This document shows positions 13,396 to 27,835 of a stretch of 64,000 nt of DNA, in pieces (the first letter of the stretch is position 1; each line of letters begins with the position of its first letter). The translations under genes were made by a program, and so were the position numbers. Under the pieces are notes generated by a model, which was not told where the DNA came from, did no database searches, and worked only from the letters and a program-made list of their open reading frames with translations. The stretch lies in the NCBI RefSeq assembly GCF_009914755.1, contig NC_060934.1. One strand, given 5' to 3'. Source of the DNA: the human T2T-CHM13v2.0 reference genome, Homo sapiens.

Positions 13396-15439
13396 GACCA
13401 TTGACTTTGAGAGTTATGAATGTCTTCTTCCACTTGTGAGATGATACCCAACATTTTCTCTGGCTCTTTCTCTTTACTTGGTCCTTAGATTTCAGCTTTC
13501 AGTTTACCACGCACACACTCTCTCTCTCTGTCCATTCTCCTCTCTTCTCCATTTTCCCTTCTCTCTGTATCAAGTTCTGGCCATATAGAATGAAGATTGC
13601 CCTTTATTCTTTCACTGAGGTTTTGTTTGTTCTTCTTACCTGCTCATTTGAGAACTTATCTCCTGTGGTTTTTAGATTTTTTTCTTTTGAGCTCTGACTT
13701 GCGTTAGTGTTTTCCTGCATGAACGTTTTCTAAGCTAAAGCTTAAGAAACCTCTACTGATATATGTATTTTTCATTGTAGACAGCTTCTTCATGTGTTCT
13801 CCTGATTTAACCATTAGTTTGGATCCGGAACAGACACATATTTGCTTTGTGAATTTAAATGATTAAACTCTCTAAATGGACATTTTCTTATAACAACTAC
13901 CTCTTGGGATCCCTGCAAGGAGTAAAAAGATTTTGCTTCGAACCGTAATGGCACGGTGCTTGTATGGGGTTCCTTTTGTCCTCCATTCCTCCCTTCTGCT
14001 CTATAAGGTTGACTAATGGAACTAACAAATAAAAAGATGTTTGGACTTAACACATGCTTCTGACTATTTTGATTTTCACTGATGATGGAGTTTTTGTTAG
14101 AAGTGGACTAATTTAATTACTTTATGGAAAACAAAGGACATGAAAATACCAATACTATGGTTTTAAAAGTATAAAATGCCAAATGAGAATAGCCTATCGT
14201 TTACTCAGAGATCCTTCTAAAATTACTGCCTTAAAATGGTTTAGTGGGTTAGTCTGGAACAAAAACTCAGACTCAGAAGAAATCAGACTACAAAAAATTA
14301 GATTTTAATTAAAGTAGAAAAAATGATTATATGTTATTGCAACGATAGAGCAAGAGATAGAGAGATTTAACCTGTTTTAATGTATTGTGATCCTTCCATA
14401 CAGTAGTGCAAGGTCTGTTTTAAAAGAATTATAGCAAATGGAACCAAAAACATGATTTTGGTTCTATCAAATCTCTCTGAATCATAGCTCCACTTCCAAC
14501 TGAAGCAGATTTGGACTTTAGGAAATTAATAATTCATCTCACCATCACTTTCATTTTTCATCCTCTGCCTTCATCCAGTTGTGTTAACTCTGCTAAAACC
14601 ACACAAGGTTGCCTAATCTCCTATCCTATCTCTTCTCCCCACTGAGAATAGTGAAGAAATTTAAAAAAATTTTTAAACTTTGACACTATTTGGCCTCTAA
14701 TTGATTAAGCATTAGAGCCCAACCGCTCTTTGAGGAGCAGTGTCTATTGCTATCCTTCAGTCACTTCACTTAATACATTTTTCCCTGTGCAAGTGGCTGA
14801 CACTCATGCTTTGATTTGATACAGCTTATGGATGATCACTCTTTCAATGAGAGCCGCTTAGTGAAATATGCACACTTACCAAAATTAAAAATGCATGCCT
14901 TACAATTACCTAGACGAGATGGGGATATACTGCTACATAGTTAAAATCTATGGAGGGGAAAAGAAAGGGGGATGAATTTGTTATTTTGCCCTCTTGGGGA
15001 TTTCTTCCACATTTTGCCATCAATATGCCTTCAATGAAATTCTGTCCAATACCTATAATACAAGTCACAGTATGATTTCATCTCTTGAAGTCCTTGCTGT
15101 CCTTTTCCTTTCTTGGAAGAGACATTAACTTTTTAAACATATCCAAAAAACTTTTTGCTTTTCAAATATCCCAGCATCCCTCTAAGAGGGTGAGATGCTT
15201 CCCTTTTGCTGTTCATTTGGAATCTAAGTGAGGCCCCAGTAATTCCCATTTCCTTGGAAATTGAGCTGAATCCTGTCTTTAATCAGAAACAGAGATAAAA
15301 AGAAATTTTTAAAAAATAGTTTTTAGATTTATATTCATGGCATTTAGAAGTTTATTTTGACATTTATTTCCTTTTAGTTTGTCTAAACATGACTGACTCT
15401 GCTAATAGTTTTAATTATAATTTCCACTAATTGAAAACT

Positions 15440-15620
15440 TACTATAGGTTGTATGTGCACCATCTAATTTAACTCTCACAAAAATCTTATAAAGTAGATA
15501 CTATTATTATCTTGATATTAATGAAAAACCTGAGGATCAAATAGGTTAAATATGCTTTGCAGGCTCCCGCAACAGTGAGCTTGAAAATTTGAATTGAGAT
15601 TTCTCTGAGTCATAGCTTCC
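15440..15620 (-). mobile_element. MIR
   Basis: tctcacaaaaatcttataaagtagatactattattatc...atgaaaaacctgaggatcaaataggttaa. Confidence 0.7.
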
Positions 15621-16112
15621 TTTCTTCTACTTTTCTGTTTCTATCATCTCTGTCTCTATCTCTATCTCTATCAAGATTAGACTTTAGAGTTCCTGGGCAT
15701 TATCCACCCAGAGAAAAAAGACATTCCCTGATTTAATCCAATGGAGGGGAATGAATTCAAATGCCATCTTTATCAGTGCCTTATTGGCTCAAAGAGGAAG
15801 TGAGAAAAAACAAAAAAGCCAATATTTAAAAGCATAGCAAACATTAGTAACTTTAGGAAGCAAAAGAATTAGACAGGATTAATTAAAAGGAGCTGGTTGA
15901 GGTTCTGAGCAAACAGCACGGACCTGCTGATGTGGCATTTAACACTTGTATTATATGACAGGTGGCTCAAGTTCAGGAGACACAGGGTGTAGTCCACTAA
16001 GAAAAAAAGAAAAAGTTTAGAAACAAAACTTAATCACAGTTTTAAATGATTGTGCTGTTTGAACTTGTTAGATTTATTTTGTTACATATTCCATTAGATT
16101 TGCTTGGTTTAT

Positions 16113-16290
16113 CACATGGACACAGGAAGGGGGGTGGGGGAGGGGGGAGGGATAGCATTAGGAGATACACCTAATGTTAAATGACCAGTTAATGGGTGCA
16201 GCACACCAACATGGCACATGTATACATATGTAACAAACCTGCACGTTGTGCACATGTAGCCTAAAACTTAAAGTATATATATATAAAAAA
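16113..16290 (+). mobile_element. L1PA 3' end (severely 5'-truncated)
   Basis: gggagggatagcattaggaga...gggtgcagcacaccaacatggcacatgtatacatatgtaacaaacctgcacgttgtgcacatg...aaaacttaaagtat. TSD agatttgcttggtttat / agatttgctttgttat. Confidence 0.93.
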
Positions 16291-16541
16291 AGATTTGCTT
16301 TGTTATATTTTTTGAAAGTAAATCTACGTCATCTTTGGAATTTTTTTTATCCTTAGGAATTAATTGTAAGTGTGTAGGGTAGAACATTGCTTGTTTGTTT
16401 GGTTTATTTTGTCTGCTGGGCTTTCGACTCTTAGGCGATTCTAACTTCTGTGCTAGCATAGTAAGTGCTAAGTCTGGACTGGTTCAAATGTCATCTTTCC
16501 ATTCTCCCGCTGAAGGAAATCATGGTCTCTGGCACCGCTGA

Positions 16542-16853
<312 letters not shown>

Positions 16854-17021
16854 TATCAGGTCTCTGTTTTTGTATCTCTTTAGGTGAGAAATTATAGGCA
16901 GTCTAGACTCAAACATATCTGGGCTCCAAACTCAGTTCCCCTGCATGTACAATTTATGATTGGGAAATTCAACTCCCCATATGCAACATGTGGATTAAAA
17001 TAATAAGAATAAAAAATAATA

Positions 17022-17420
<399 letters not shown>

Positions 17421-18139
17421 CTATTCAGGGTATGTGAGCTCTGCTGCCTTTTAGGTGTTATCATGTCATTTTTATGCTGAGCTATAATCTTTATCTTTTA
17501 TCCACTGGTAAACATTTCATCTGAGTTTATTTTAAAATGAGATTCCTACAAATTAAGAAAAAAAACTTTTCTTACTATATTGTGCTTCCCTGTGGATGTG
17601 CTTCTGCCCATGGTTTTGGCTTATAAACATCCTGATGTTGTCATACTCTGTCGATTGGCTTTACCTACCCTGGATGTTTGAGCAGTAGATTTGATAAGTG
17701 AACATCCTATATCTGCTTTGTTCAACTGTTTTGCCAGTGATAAAATTTTGCAGCAATCCACTTGCAATTTCCTCCTAGAGGACACAGGGTTATACACACT
17801 TAATTCCTAGCCCTGAGCTCCCATTTCTCTAACTGATCAACTGGATTCTATTAAACAAAAATTGGATCATCTCCTATATATTGCTACTGTGCTAATATTA
17901 TGGAAGTTATATGAACAGGGAAGATAGGAGACCTATCCTTTTAAGCTACAATATGGTAGAGATATAAAATAAGAAACCAATTCAGCATAAAGTATAAAAT
18001 GAAAAGTTCCACAAAAGGGCAAAAAATGTGTTACAAAGGTTTCAGAGGAAAAGGAAGATATCTAGCATGAAAGAATAAGGAAAGAAATTCATAAGGTATA
18101 TGTAATGCTAAACTTCCAAGATAACATTTTTCAAATAAC

Positions 18140-18720
18140 TGCATGATGAAAGTGAAAAAAATTAAATGCATTATCATTAGAAAAGGTTTGGAAAAATACT
18201 TACCTTCATATGCTCTTGTCGTTAAGAGTACATTATTACTTTTGGGACATAATCTGTCTGTAGTTTATTAGATTTTAAATGTGCATGTTATTTGAACCAG
18301 AATTCACTTCTGGGAATTGATTAAAAAAAAAACTCAATAAGTTATAAAAATTTAAATACAAAGATGTTTATTTCAGCATTGTTTCTAATTGTTAAAAAAG
18401 GGGGTGAACTGAATGCTGATCTAGGGGAATGGTAGAATAAGCTAAGGATCATCTATATTACAGTATGTGAGATAATTGTTAATATGTGTGAAGTGGATCT
18501 CTATAAATTGCAGTGAAAGCATATGCATGTAAATTATATAAGAAAACCTAGTTGCAGAATATGTATTTATATATTATGTATCATGTGTATCACATGATCT
18601 GTTTAAAAGCCAAACTATTTACCAAATATTTATCTTTGTGTAACTATTTTTTATATAAGATAAAAAGCAATTATAGAAAGAAGTATACTAAATTATTCCC
18701 TTAGGTTGAAAGAACTAGAG
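18140..18720 (+). mobile_element. Old L1ME-type 3' region
   Basis: tttgaaccagaattcacttctgggaatt...aagatgttatttcagcattgtttctaat...ggggaatggtagaataa. Confidence 0.6.
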
Positions 18721-18766
18721 AATGAAAAGAAAATCTGTTATAAAAAGAATATAATATCTTAGTGAT

Positions 18767-18880
18767 TCAAATAATTGGCAATGAAATATGTAGATATGTA
18801 TGTATTATGCATATTTTATTATGCATATTATATTATGCATATTATATACATATCTACATATTTCATTGCCAATTATTTGA
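18767..18880. repeat. Perfect 35-bp inverted repeat around three tandem 14-mers, followed by (TA)n at ~18885-18907
   Basis: tcaaataattggcaatgaaatatgtagatatgtat (18767-18801) is the exact reverse complement of 18846-18880. Confidence 0.95.
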
Positions 18881-18999
18881 TTGATATATATATATATATA
18901 TATATATGTCATTTAGTGAAGAGGAAAAAGAATGAGTAGGTTGTTAGTAATCGAAGATGGTTTGGGCATCAGGAATGAGGAGCTGGCTATTGGTATGAT

Positions 19000-19820
19000 T
19001 CCTGGGTAGAGACTCAGAGACCAGCAGTGGTGCAGAGGTGCAGGCCTGAGTAATGCATGGGTGGGACAAAGTCTGTGAAGGTAAAAGGGACAGATTGCAG
19101 GTAGCATGAACAGCTTGTATTTCCTTTGTTAGCTGAGTATTTCCTTTGGGTAGAAAGTGAAACTATTTGAACAGGGGAACTCTAGCTGTGCTTTTAGGGG
19201 CTTTTTCCAGCCCTATGTTTAGGGTGGATTGTACAGGGCAGAGCCTTTTAAAGTGGGAGAGGTATCAAGAAGCTATTTGCAGTGGTCTAGGCAAGAGATG
19301 AAGACCTGTACTAGAGGGCTGGCAGTGGTTTGGGAAGAGAAAAATGAGAGGGATATGTTGGAGGAAGATTGCACAGAGTTGTCAACTTACTGATGTGGAT
19401 GGTTAGGGAGAAGGAGTAGGAGGAGTAGTCAATGGTGATTGAGAGAATCATGATATCCTTGGCAGAGAGAGGGGTCTGAAGGTGGTTTGGAGATTAAAGG
19501 TGATGTGCATGATTTATAGCAGAGTGAGGGACTAGTTGGCAACCAAAAATTTCTACTCAGATTGAGGCTGGAGTTATGATTTTATGAAATGTTGCTGATG
19601 GCAGTTTGGAAGGAATGAATGTAATTTACCAAAAAGAGATGGCAGAGAGAGAAAAGAAAAGGGACAGAAGATAAGACATTGATGGTTACACTTTGAGTCA
19701 GAAGAATTAAGGGAGCCACTGAGAAGGTGTACACAGAGCTGCTGGAGGGCAACCAGAACAGCTTGACAGATGGAGTCCAAGCTGGCGAGGCTGGAGTGAG
19801 GCCTTTGGAATTGATTTCTA
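19000..19820 (-). mobile_element. L2 fragments
   Basis: Purine-rich antisense L2: gcagtggtctaggcaagagatgaagacctgtactag...ggcagtgg...gagagggatatgttggagg. Confidence 0.6.
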
Positions 19821-19899
19821 TGAAGAAATTATGTGAGGCTGTATCACATTTTGCTAAAATCAGTGTACTTTTATTCTATTTTACTGAAGTAGCTTTTTT

Positions 19900-20320
19900 T
19901 TAGTGGATTGAGGCAACCACCATTGGTGGATGCTAAAACCATTAAGCAAAAGGTGTAAGAGAAACTTTATAAGGAATGGGGCGCTTAAGCCCCCAGATCA
20001 ATTCCAGCATCACTAAAAGTGCTGCCTCTGACATGTTGTTTCTTCTGATGGGATGTAGCAAGAAGTATATGGGTAACCTATGAAGTATTCTAGCCGAAAG
20101 AAAAAAAAATAGTTTGAACCAGAATCAATCGAGTCTTCAGATCTACCATATTTTACAGGAAACCCAGCAGGTAGAGGAATAAGTTAAAATAATAACACAG
20201 GAAGTAATCAGTCAAATGCAGAATCTGAGATACTTTACAGGCTAAATGACCCAGTTCTACCAACATATAATTGGCAGAAAGAAAAGAGGAAAGGTTATTA
20301 TGGAGTAAAAAATACTAAAA
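19900..20320 (+). mobile_element. L1ME/L1MC-type 3' UTR fragment
   Basis: ggtggatgctaaaaccatta...gcatcactaaaagt...cctatgaagtattct...tttacaggaaa...aaatgacccagt. Confidence 0.6.
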
Positions 20321-20389
20321 TAATAAGAACTTGTTACCCATTACCTCCTACCCACCCTCTGCAAAAAGCCATGAGTGAGAGTATAAGTT

Positions 20390-21210
20390 GACTCAGAGCA
20401 TAATTGACCATACCTGTTCCCCACGCCTCCCCCTTCAGATCCATCACTCAGCCACTAAACTGTGGTGTTTTTGTTGCTTAAATGTCTCTCAATCAGTCCA
20501 TTCTGCTCCAATAACATTGCATCCCTCATGGTCTGAGCTGCCATTCTCTCTTGCCTGGACTGTTATCGTATTATAATTGGTTTTCTTCTGTCTGCCTTGT
20601 TTCCCTCTCTGGTTCCCATATTGTAGCCTGAATAAGCTTTAGAAATGCAAATCTGGTCATGTGATATTCCTGCTTAAATCGCCTCGTTGGAGAGAGACCC
20701 AGATCTATCCCATGACCTGTTAGGTCTCGCTGACCCAGGCCCTGCCTGACTCCCACTGCCCTGCATTTCCTGCCAAAGCTGGCACTTATGGTTCTTGGAT
20801 TGGCTGTAGACTTCTCCCCTTCAGAGCCTTTTAACGTGTGGTTCCCAGTCTGGGGGACAATTTTCTAAACACACATACACACACACACACACACACACTG
20901 GCTAACTCTGCTTCAGGAAAATTCTCCCTTGAGGGCCTATCATCTAGGTCATGGTCTCCTTTTTTCTCAGCCTCTTGTGTTTTTTCTTCACAGCATTTAT
21001 CAAAATTTATAATTACATAGTTTTATTATAGGCCAACTTCTGTTGATTGGCTTCAGGCTGAGAAAAAGGAGGTCATGACTTAGAGGAGAAGGATATAAGC
21101 TCCCTGAGAGCAAATGATGTGTGTGAGTTTTGTTGAGCACTGTTAACTCCAGTGTCTAGCACAACATCTGCCACGTTATGGTCTATAAGACATAGTTATT
21201 AAATGAATGG
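20390..21210 (+). mobile_element. L2 3' region containing a (CA)n tract (~20869-20897)
   Basis: ctcttgcctggactgtt...aaatgcaaatctggtcatgt...cctgcttaaa...taagctccctgagagca...ccagtgtctagcacaacatctgcca...ttattaaatgaatg. Confidence 0.7.
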
Positions 21211-21241
21211 CTGATCATTATGGAATCTTATGGACACTATG

Positions 21242-21760
21242 TGTATTAGTCATAGTTCTCTAGAGGGACAGAACTAATAGTATAGATGTATATATAAAGG
21301 GGAGTTTATTAAGGAGTATTGACTCATAGGATTACAATGTGAGGTCCCAAATTAGGCCATCTATAAGCTAAAGAGCTAGGAAGCCAGTTCAAATCCCAAA
21401 ACCTCAAAAGTAGGGAAGCCAACAGTGTAGCCTTCAGTCTGTGGTTGAAGGTCCAAGAGTCCCAAAGCTGAAGAACTTGGAGTCCGATTTTTGAAGGCAG
21501 GAAGCATCCAGCACAGGAGAAAGGTGGAGGCCAGAAGACTCAGCCAGTCTAGCCATTCCTTGTTCTTCTGCCTGCTTTTTATTCTGGCCGTGCTGGCAGC
21601 TGATTAGATTGTGCCCACCCAGATTGAGGGTAGGTCTGCCTTTCCCAGTTAACTGACTCAAATGTCAATCTCCTTTGGCAACACCCTCCCAGAGCCACGA
21701 AGGAACAATACTTTGCATCCTTCAATCCAATCAAGTTGGCACTCAATATTAACCATCACA
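21242..21760 (-). mobile_element. MLT2A (HERV-L) solo LTR, MLT2A2-like
   Basis: tgtattagtc...ctctagagggacagaactaatag...caatccaatcaagttg...attaaccatcaca. TG...CA ends and perfect TSD ctatg (21237-21241 / 21761-21765). Confidence 0.92.
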
Positions 21761-22696
21761 CTATGGCACTGTCAGTGCAGATTCACACAACTGTCTTCTA
21801 TTCACATTGGCTTCATGTTCCTTCTCCCAATATCCCCACCCCTTTTTGTTAGTTTAATGTGTGCTCAGAAAGAGCTCTCAAAATGTCAGTTCTTGGGGTA
21901 CCTTTTATGTGGCATTGAGATTTTTAATGCATATAGTCAGATTTTATTTCCAATCTTTCTTCAGGAGTTATTCAATTCTCTTTGTGCATCCTTGAGTGAA
22001 GATGTCCTAATTCTTCTTTTTCATGTTTTTAAATCTGCTTTCCTAAAGTCTTCAGCTTATACCTGACTCTGCCTGGTATTTTCTTCCTGTCTGTCACAGA
22101 TTCCAGAATAATATAGTCAGTTTGGCTCAGGTGTCCTGGGGTTTCCACATGTCCAAGTAGTTCTTTCTTTGTAGTCAGGAATAAGGCTAGAATAGCTCCT
22201 TTATTAGTGCTTTCTCTGCTTATGTGTTAAAGTGTCTCCAAGGAAGGGAAAGTATGAAAAATTGGACTTTCTTTCAGGATACACAGACCTAGATGTGATT
22301 TGTGGGAATTTACTCAACTTCTCTAATCTTCAGGGGTGTTTTTTAACTATAAAATGAGACCATATTTATAATGTGCAATTGTTTTGAATAATTAACAAAA
22401 TAACATGTGGAATATCACATTAGAAACTCAATAATTTGTTGTTGATTTAAAAGCTATTGTTAGCCTTTCCCATTTGATGATATTCAAGAACAACTGATTA
22501 ATTCTAAATAATTTAAATAAGGTAAGACTTTTTCAAAAGATGAATGCTTGTATTTTGCCCATAAGGCACAGGTGAAATTCTTGATGATGCCACTTTAATT
22601 CCAAACCAGTATTGGCATAGGAAACAGTAAGAGCCATGCTTAAAATGGATTCATTAGTTGTATTTCTAAAGCCTTTTGGCTTTGTCTAGATACTTA

Positions 22697-23443
<747 letters not shown>

Positions 23444-24543
23444 TCATTTTAAAAACTTTGAGAAATGAAACCAGGAGCTGGAATATAATTTTCCTTGTTT
23501 GCCCCAAAGCAAACACCACCATATTGAAATTTTGGGAAGGGTCCTTCAAGCTGTAGGAAGTGTAAAAAGCTACTTCTGTCCCTGAATGTTCCACAGAAAC
23601 TGAACCCTGAGGATATTATTTTCCCCTAGGGTTACAATAAAGATGCAACCCCCTTCCTTTCTTACTCTTATGTATATCCATATCTGTCGGAGTCTGGAGA
23701 AACTGCCTGACAATTCAACAGCTTTTCTGTGCAGAATAATACTTGAGCCCTTGACTTTTCTGATAAAGAAAAAAGTGAAATTTGATTGTTTAGCATACTT
23801 CATGAAATGTGTCCCGAAGACATATCATTATTGAATTTGTGTAAATAATAAACACATTTATAGAACTAACTAATGCCAAACAGAGGAAGAATAAAGAGAG
23901 AGAAGAGATAGAGTAGGATACTTGCATTGAAAATGAGGGCTAAAATAAAGAGAATGTGAAAAGACAAGTCAAGTGAAAGAACTATTTGGGAGTGTTCCAA
24001 TAGGGATGGTTTTTTGACATGTGGTGGGAAGGTTTTCAGAGGAGAACTGGCAGATGATGCATACTGAAGAAGCAAAATCACTAGAAGAAATAGGCACACT
24101 CAGGGTTTAGGGAGTAGAGCAAATATATGAGGTGTATTAAAATTAGGAAGTGCCATGTGAAGCTTCTGCCTGCGATGAGTGGATTATCAAATGCAATCTG
24201 TTATCCCACCCAGAGACAGCCTATAAAGTTCCTTAGCCAGGGAATATATACTTTTAATCAGTCACACAAAACAATTTTCCTCGTGTATCTAGTAATAAAA
24301 AGCTTTGTCATTGTGATGGATGAGAAGAGTACAGTGTATGTAACACTTTAGAATATTGGGAAACTTTTACATGCCATTTACTAACGACTCATTTTCTTAT
24401 AGGTTCCCCATAGAAATGGACATAGTTCTGCTAAATTTCTAGATGAGAAGGACGCTATATTTTCCCAAGAGAGAATTTTAATATGGGCTAGATGTAGCTT
24501 AGTCATGGCATTGTGTCTTAACTTTGTGGAGGTGTATCTAGGA

Positions 24544-24547
<4 letters not shown>

Positions 24548-24584
<37 letters not shown>
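24548..24584. repeat. (TG)n microsatellite ending in GCGC
   Basis: About 16 TG units, read directly. Confidence 0.95.
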
Positions 24585-25074
24585 AAATTCCAAAGGTCTT
24601 CAAGTCTCCAACACTTAGGTTTGATATTGAGGGTGAGCCCTGTAGTCTCCTTCTCCCTGCTTCCTAATGTGGAAAGGAACAGTATAGGAGGAATCTGAGA
24701 ACAGAACTTCCACAGAAAATATCAACTAAAATCAGTACTGTCTTACTGTCTTATATTTTCCAGTCTTCTACCTACCCCTCTCCTTCTATTCCGATACAAA
24801 TATTAAAGGTAAAACCATATTAATGGAATGTTTGCCTGATCGGAACAAGTTTTCTACTTCATTGGCTAATCTTTGAGAAACTTTTCATTCACTGGGAAAT
24901 TTTGTATGCCCAGCTGCTTTATGGTTTTTAGGTGAAATAATCCTTGACAGACAAATATCAACTATTTTGAGAGAAACTTGAAAATTAGACTCTTTTTCTG
25001 GACCAATGCCAACCTTAGTTGAGACTATAGTCCGCCGAAGCTGAATTTTAATAAAATGCATTGTGTTTAGGTGC

Positions 25075-25439
25075 TGTTATAGAGTGAGAATTTGCCTCCT
25101 CCCAAAATTTATATGTTGAAAACTAATCCCTGATGTGATGGCATTTGAAGGCGGAGCCATTTAGAGGTGATTAGGTCATAAAGGTGAAGCCCTTATGGAT
25201 GGGAATAGCTCCCTTATAAAATAAGTCCCAGGGAGCTCCTTCGCCTCTTCTGCCATGTGAGGACCCAGCAAGAAGGCGGCCATTTGTGAATCAGAGACCA
25301 GGCCCTCACCAGATGCTAAATCCGCTGGCCCCTTTGTGTTGGACTTTCAAACCTCCAGAACTGTGAGAAATAGATTTCTTTTGTTATAAGCCCCCAAGTC
25401 TATGGTATTCTGTTATAACAGCCTGAATGGACTGAGACA
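25075..25439 (+). mobile_element. MLT1A0-like MaLR solo LTR
   Basis: tgttat...ggtgattaggtcat...gccatgtgaggac...cctccagaactgtgagaaata...ggactgagaca. Perfect TSD ggtgc (25070-25074 / 25440-25444). Confidence 0.9.
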
Positions 25440-25649
25440 GGTGCCAAACTATACTGGCAGCTATTTGGATTCATTGATGTGACAGGGAAGACTATTTTCC
25501 AGTCTTCCTTGAAAATCCACAGATAACCTACAGTTTGGTTTTTATTTATGGAGTGAAATATGCTTCTTTCTCTACTATTTAATTTTTTTAAAGTAATTTC
25601 CAATCATCAGTTCAAAATTCCTAATAAGAGCCTTCCTTAGTGGAGCAGA

Positions 25650-25910
25650 ACAGCAATGAGGTTGAGTCTGGGAGTCAAGCACACCAGGATTTGAGACTAC
25701 TTCCTTTCCATACCACAGCTAGCTATGTGGACTTGTACAAATTATTTCACTTCTTTGAGCCCAGGTTTTCCCATGTGTAAAATGGGGATGATGATAAGGA
25801 TGTCTACTTGTTAGGATTGTTATAAGAATTAAATTAGATACAAAGACACTAACCATAGTACCTGGTGTGTAGTGATCACCATATATATTAGCTGTGTATT
25901 ACTATTATTA
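25650..25910 (+). mobile_element. MIR
   Basis: ctagctatgtggacttgtacaaattatttcacttctttgagcccagg...gtaaaatggggatg. Confidence 0.75.
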
Positions 25911-26294
25911 TTATCATTGTTGCTATCGTTGTTGTTATTGCTTGGCTATCAAATGCCTATTCAGTATCTTTAGTGCTGCATTTTTTTTCAGTATTTTTGC
26001 ATCTTGCAAAAATGCGCTATTATAACATTTTTGTTTGTAGAGGGGGCCATTCTGTCAATGGAAGTAAAATAAATCATTTGGCTCTGATCATGAACTTTTC
26101 TCCTTCTAAATTAAAATAAGACAAACGAGTATGACAGGTTGAGGAATTGACCTCATTTAGATTTTATCATTCCTGGTAAGAATGATTCAGTGTGCTTTAT
26201 TGCTCATCAGACCACCCAAGGAGACCACCATGACTAGTCGCAATGACAGGTGCCTATCACAGTTGAAACATTGTACTGAAGGCACTGTCAAAGA

Positions 26295-26535
26295 AGCACA
26301 CAGTGAAGTCACTGAAGGTGTGGGCTTTGGTGTCAGAGAGACTCAGTCCTGATTTGCCCCTCACAGGTGGTGTGGTCTTGGGCAAGTTGCCAAACTTCTT
26401 TGACTTCAGTTTTAATATCTTAAGAGTGGGGATGATAACAGAAGATACTGCACAAGACTTTTTTGAGGAGTTAGAGAGATAGTTTGTATGAAGCACTTAG
26501 TAGAATGATGGACATATGGTAAGTGCTCAGTGCAT
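26295..26535 (+). mobile_element. MIR
   Basis: ggctttggtgtcagag...tgtggtcttgggcaagtt...agcacttagtagaat...gtaagtgctcagt. Confidence 0.75.
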
Positions 26536-26895
26536 GGTACCAATCAAATCAATAGCAATAACAACAGCAGCAACAATGATGGTGGATCAGAGGAAAGAGA
26601 GGTGATGTTAGAGGAGCTGAAATTTGGATTAGACATTCAGGTAGGATTGGAATGATGTAGAAGGAAAGAAAGGGTGCCACAGACATGATGGAGACTGAAG
26701 CTAGAATTCGTAAAGTAGAAGAAAGGCAGTAGTAGAAGTTTCCAGTAGAAGGTAATATTCTTATATTTATGATAACTTTATATGCTAGGCTTAGGGGTAA
26801 ACTTTAATGTTTAAGTTCAGTTTAAACTTTAACCATAAAGATCATCATTCCTGAACCCCATCTCTTGGTTTTCTGAATCCATACATTTGAGGTAG

Positions 26896-27195
<300 letters not shown>

Positions 27196-27624
27196 TGGGA
27201 TCTGCTTTTTTAAAAGGCCCTGGAATGTTCTATTGAAGATGGGTGCAGATAGTTTATAGTTCACAATTTAAGGAACACTGCATTAAGAAATGGTAGATTG
27301 TTGTGCCAAAGGAGGGGAGAAATTGGCTTCATAATTATGAGCTCTGCCTCACAGATCCTCTTAAATCTGTATCCTTGGTCTGAAGGACATTTTAAGGAAT
27401 AGGTATGGTACCAAATTACAAGAAATCCAAATGAGGACTATCCTATACAAACACATTTGCAGCTGTAAGTGCTAACAAATAGGGTTTACCTGAGGGAGAA
27501 ATTTGAATGTCAGGATTAAAATCTCTGCTTAAATGTTGTTGCCAAGGTACAGTCACAATTAATATATGGTTTTTAATACCTCAAATAATTTGAAGTCTAG
27601 TGAGTTGATTACATATGATTATGA

Positions 27625-27835
27625 GTAAGGAGCACTATGCTAGACCTCGGATTAGAATTTTTGGGTTTGAATTCTGGTTCAACAACCCGTGAGCTCTAAG
27701 CTGAAGCAGCTGATCTAACCATCATCAGCCTCAGCTTCCTCATGTGTCAGAGGAAAGCAAGAATTCATGCTGTGTGCAAGGGTCTCACAGAGGAATTGTG
27801 AAGAATAGTACTAAAGTATGATTATAAAGCTCTGC
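27625..27835 (+). mobile_element. MIR
   Basis: gggtttgaattctggttc...agcctcagcttcctcatgtgt. Confidence 0.65.

Noticed and set aside
15791-15802. PU.1/ETS motif aaagaggaagtg (also aagaggaagtg at 49210-49220)
   Set aside because: Isolated short motifs are expected by chance in 64 kb.
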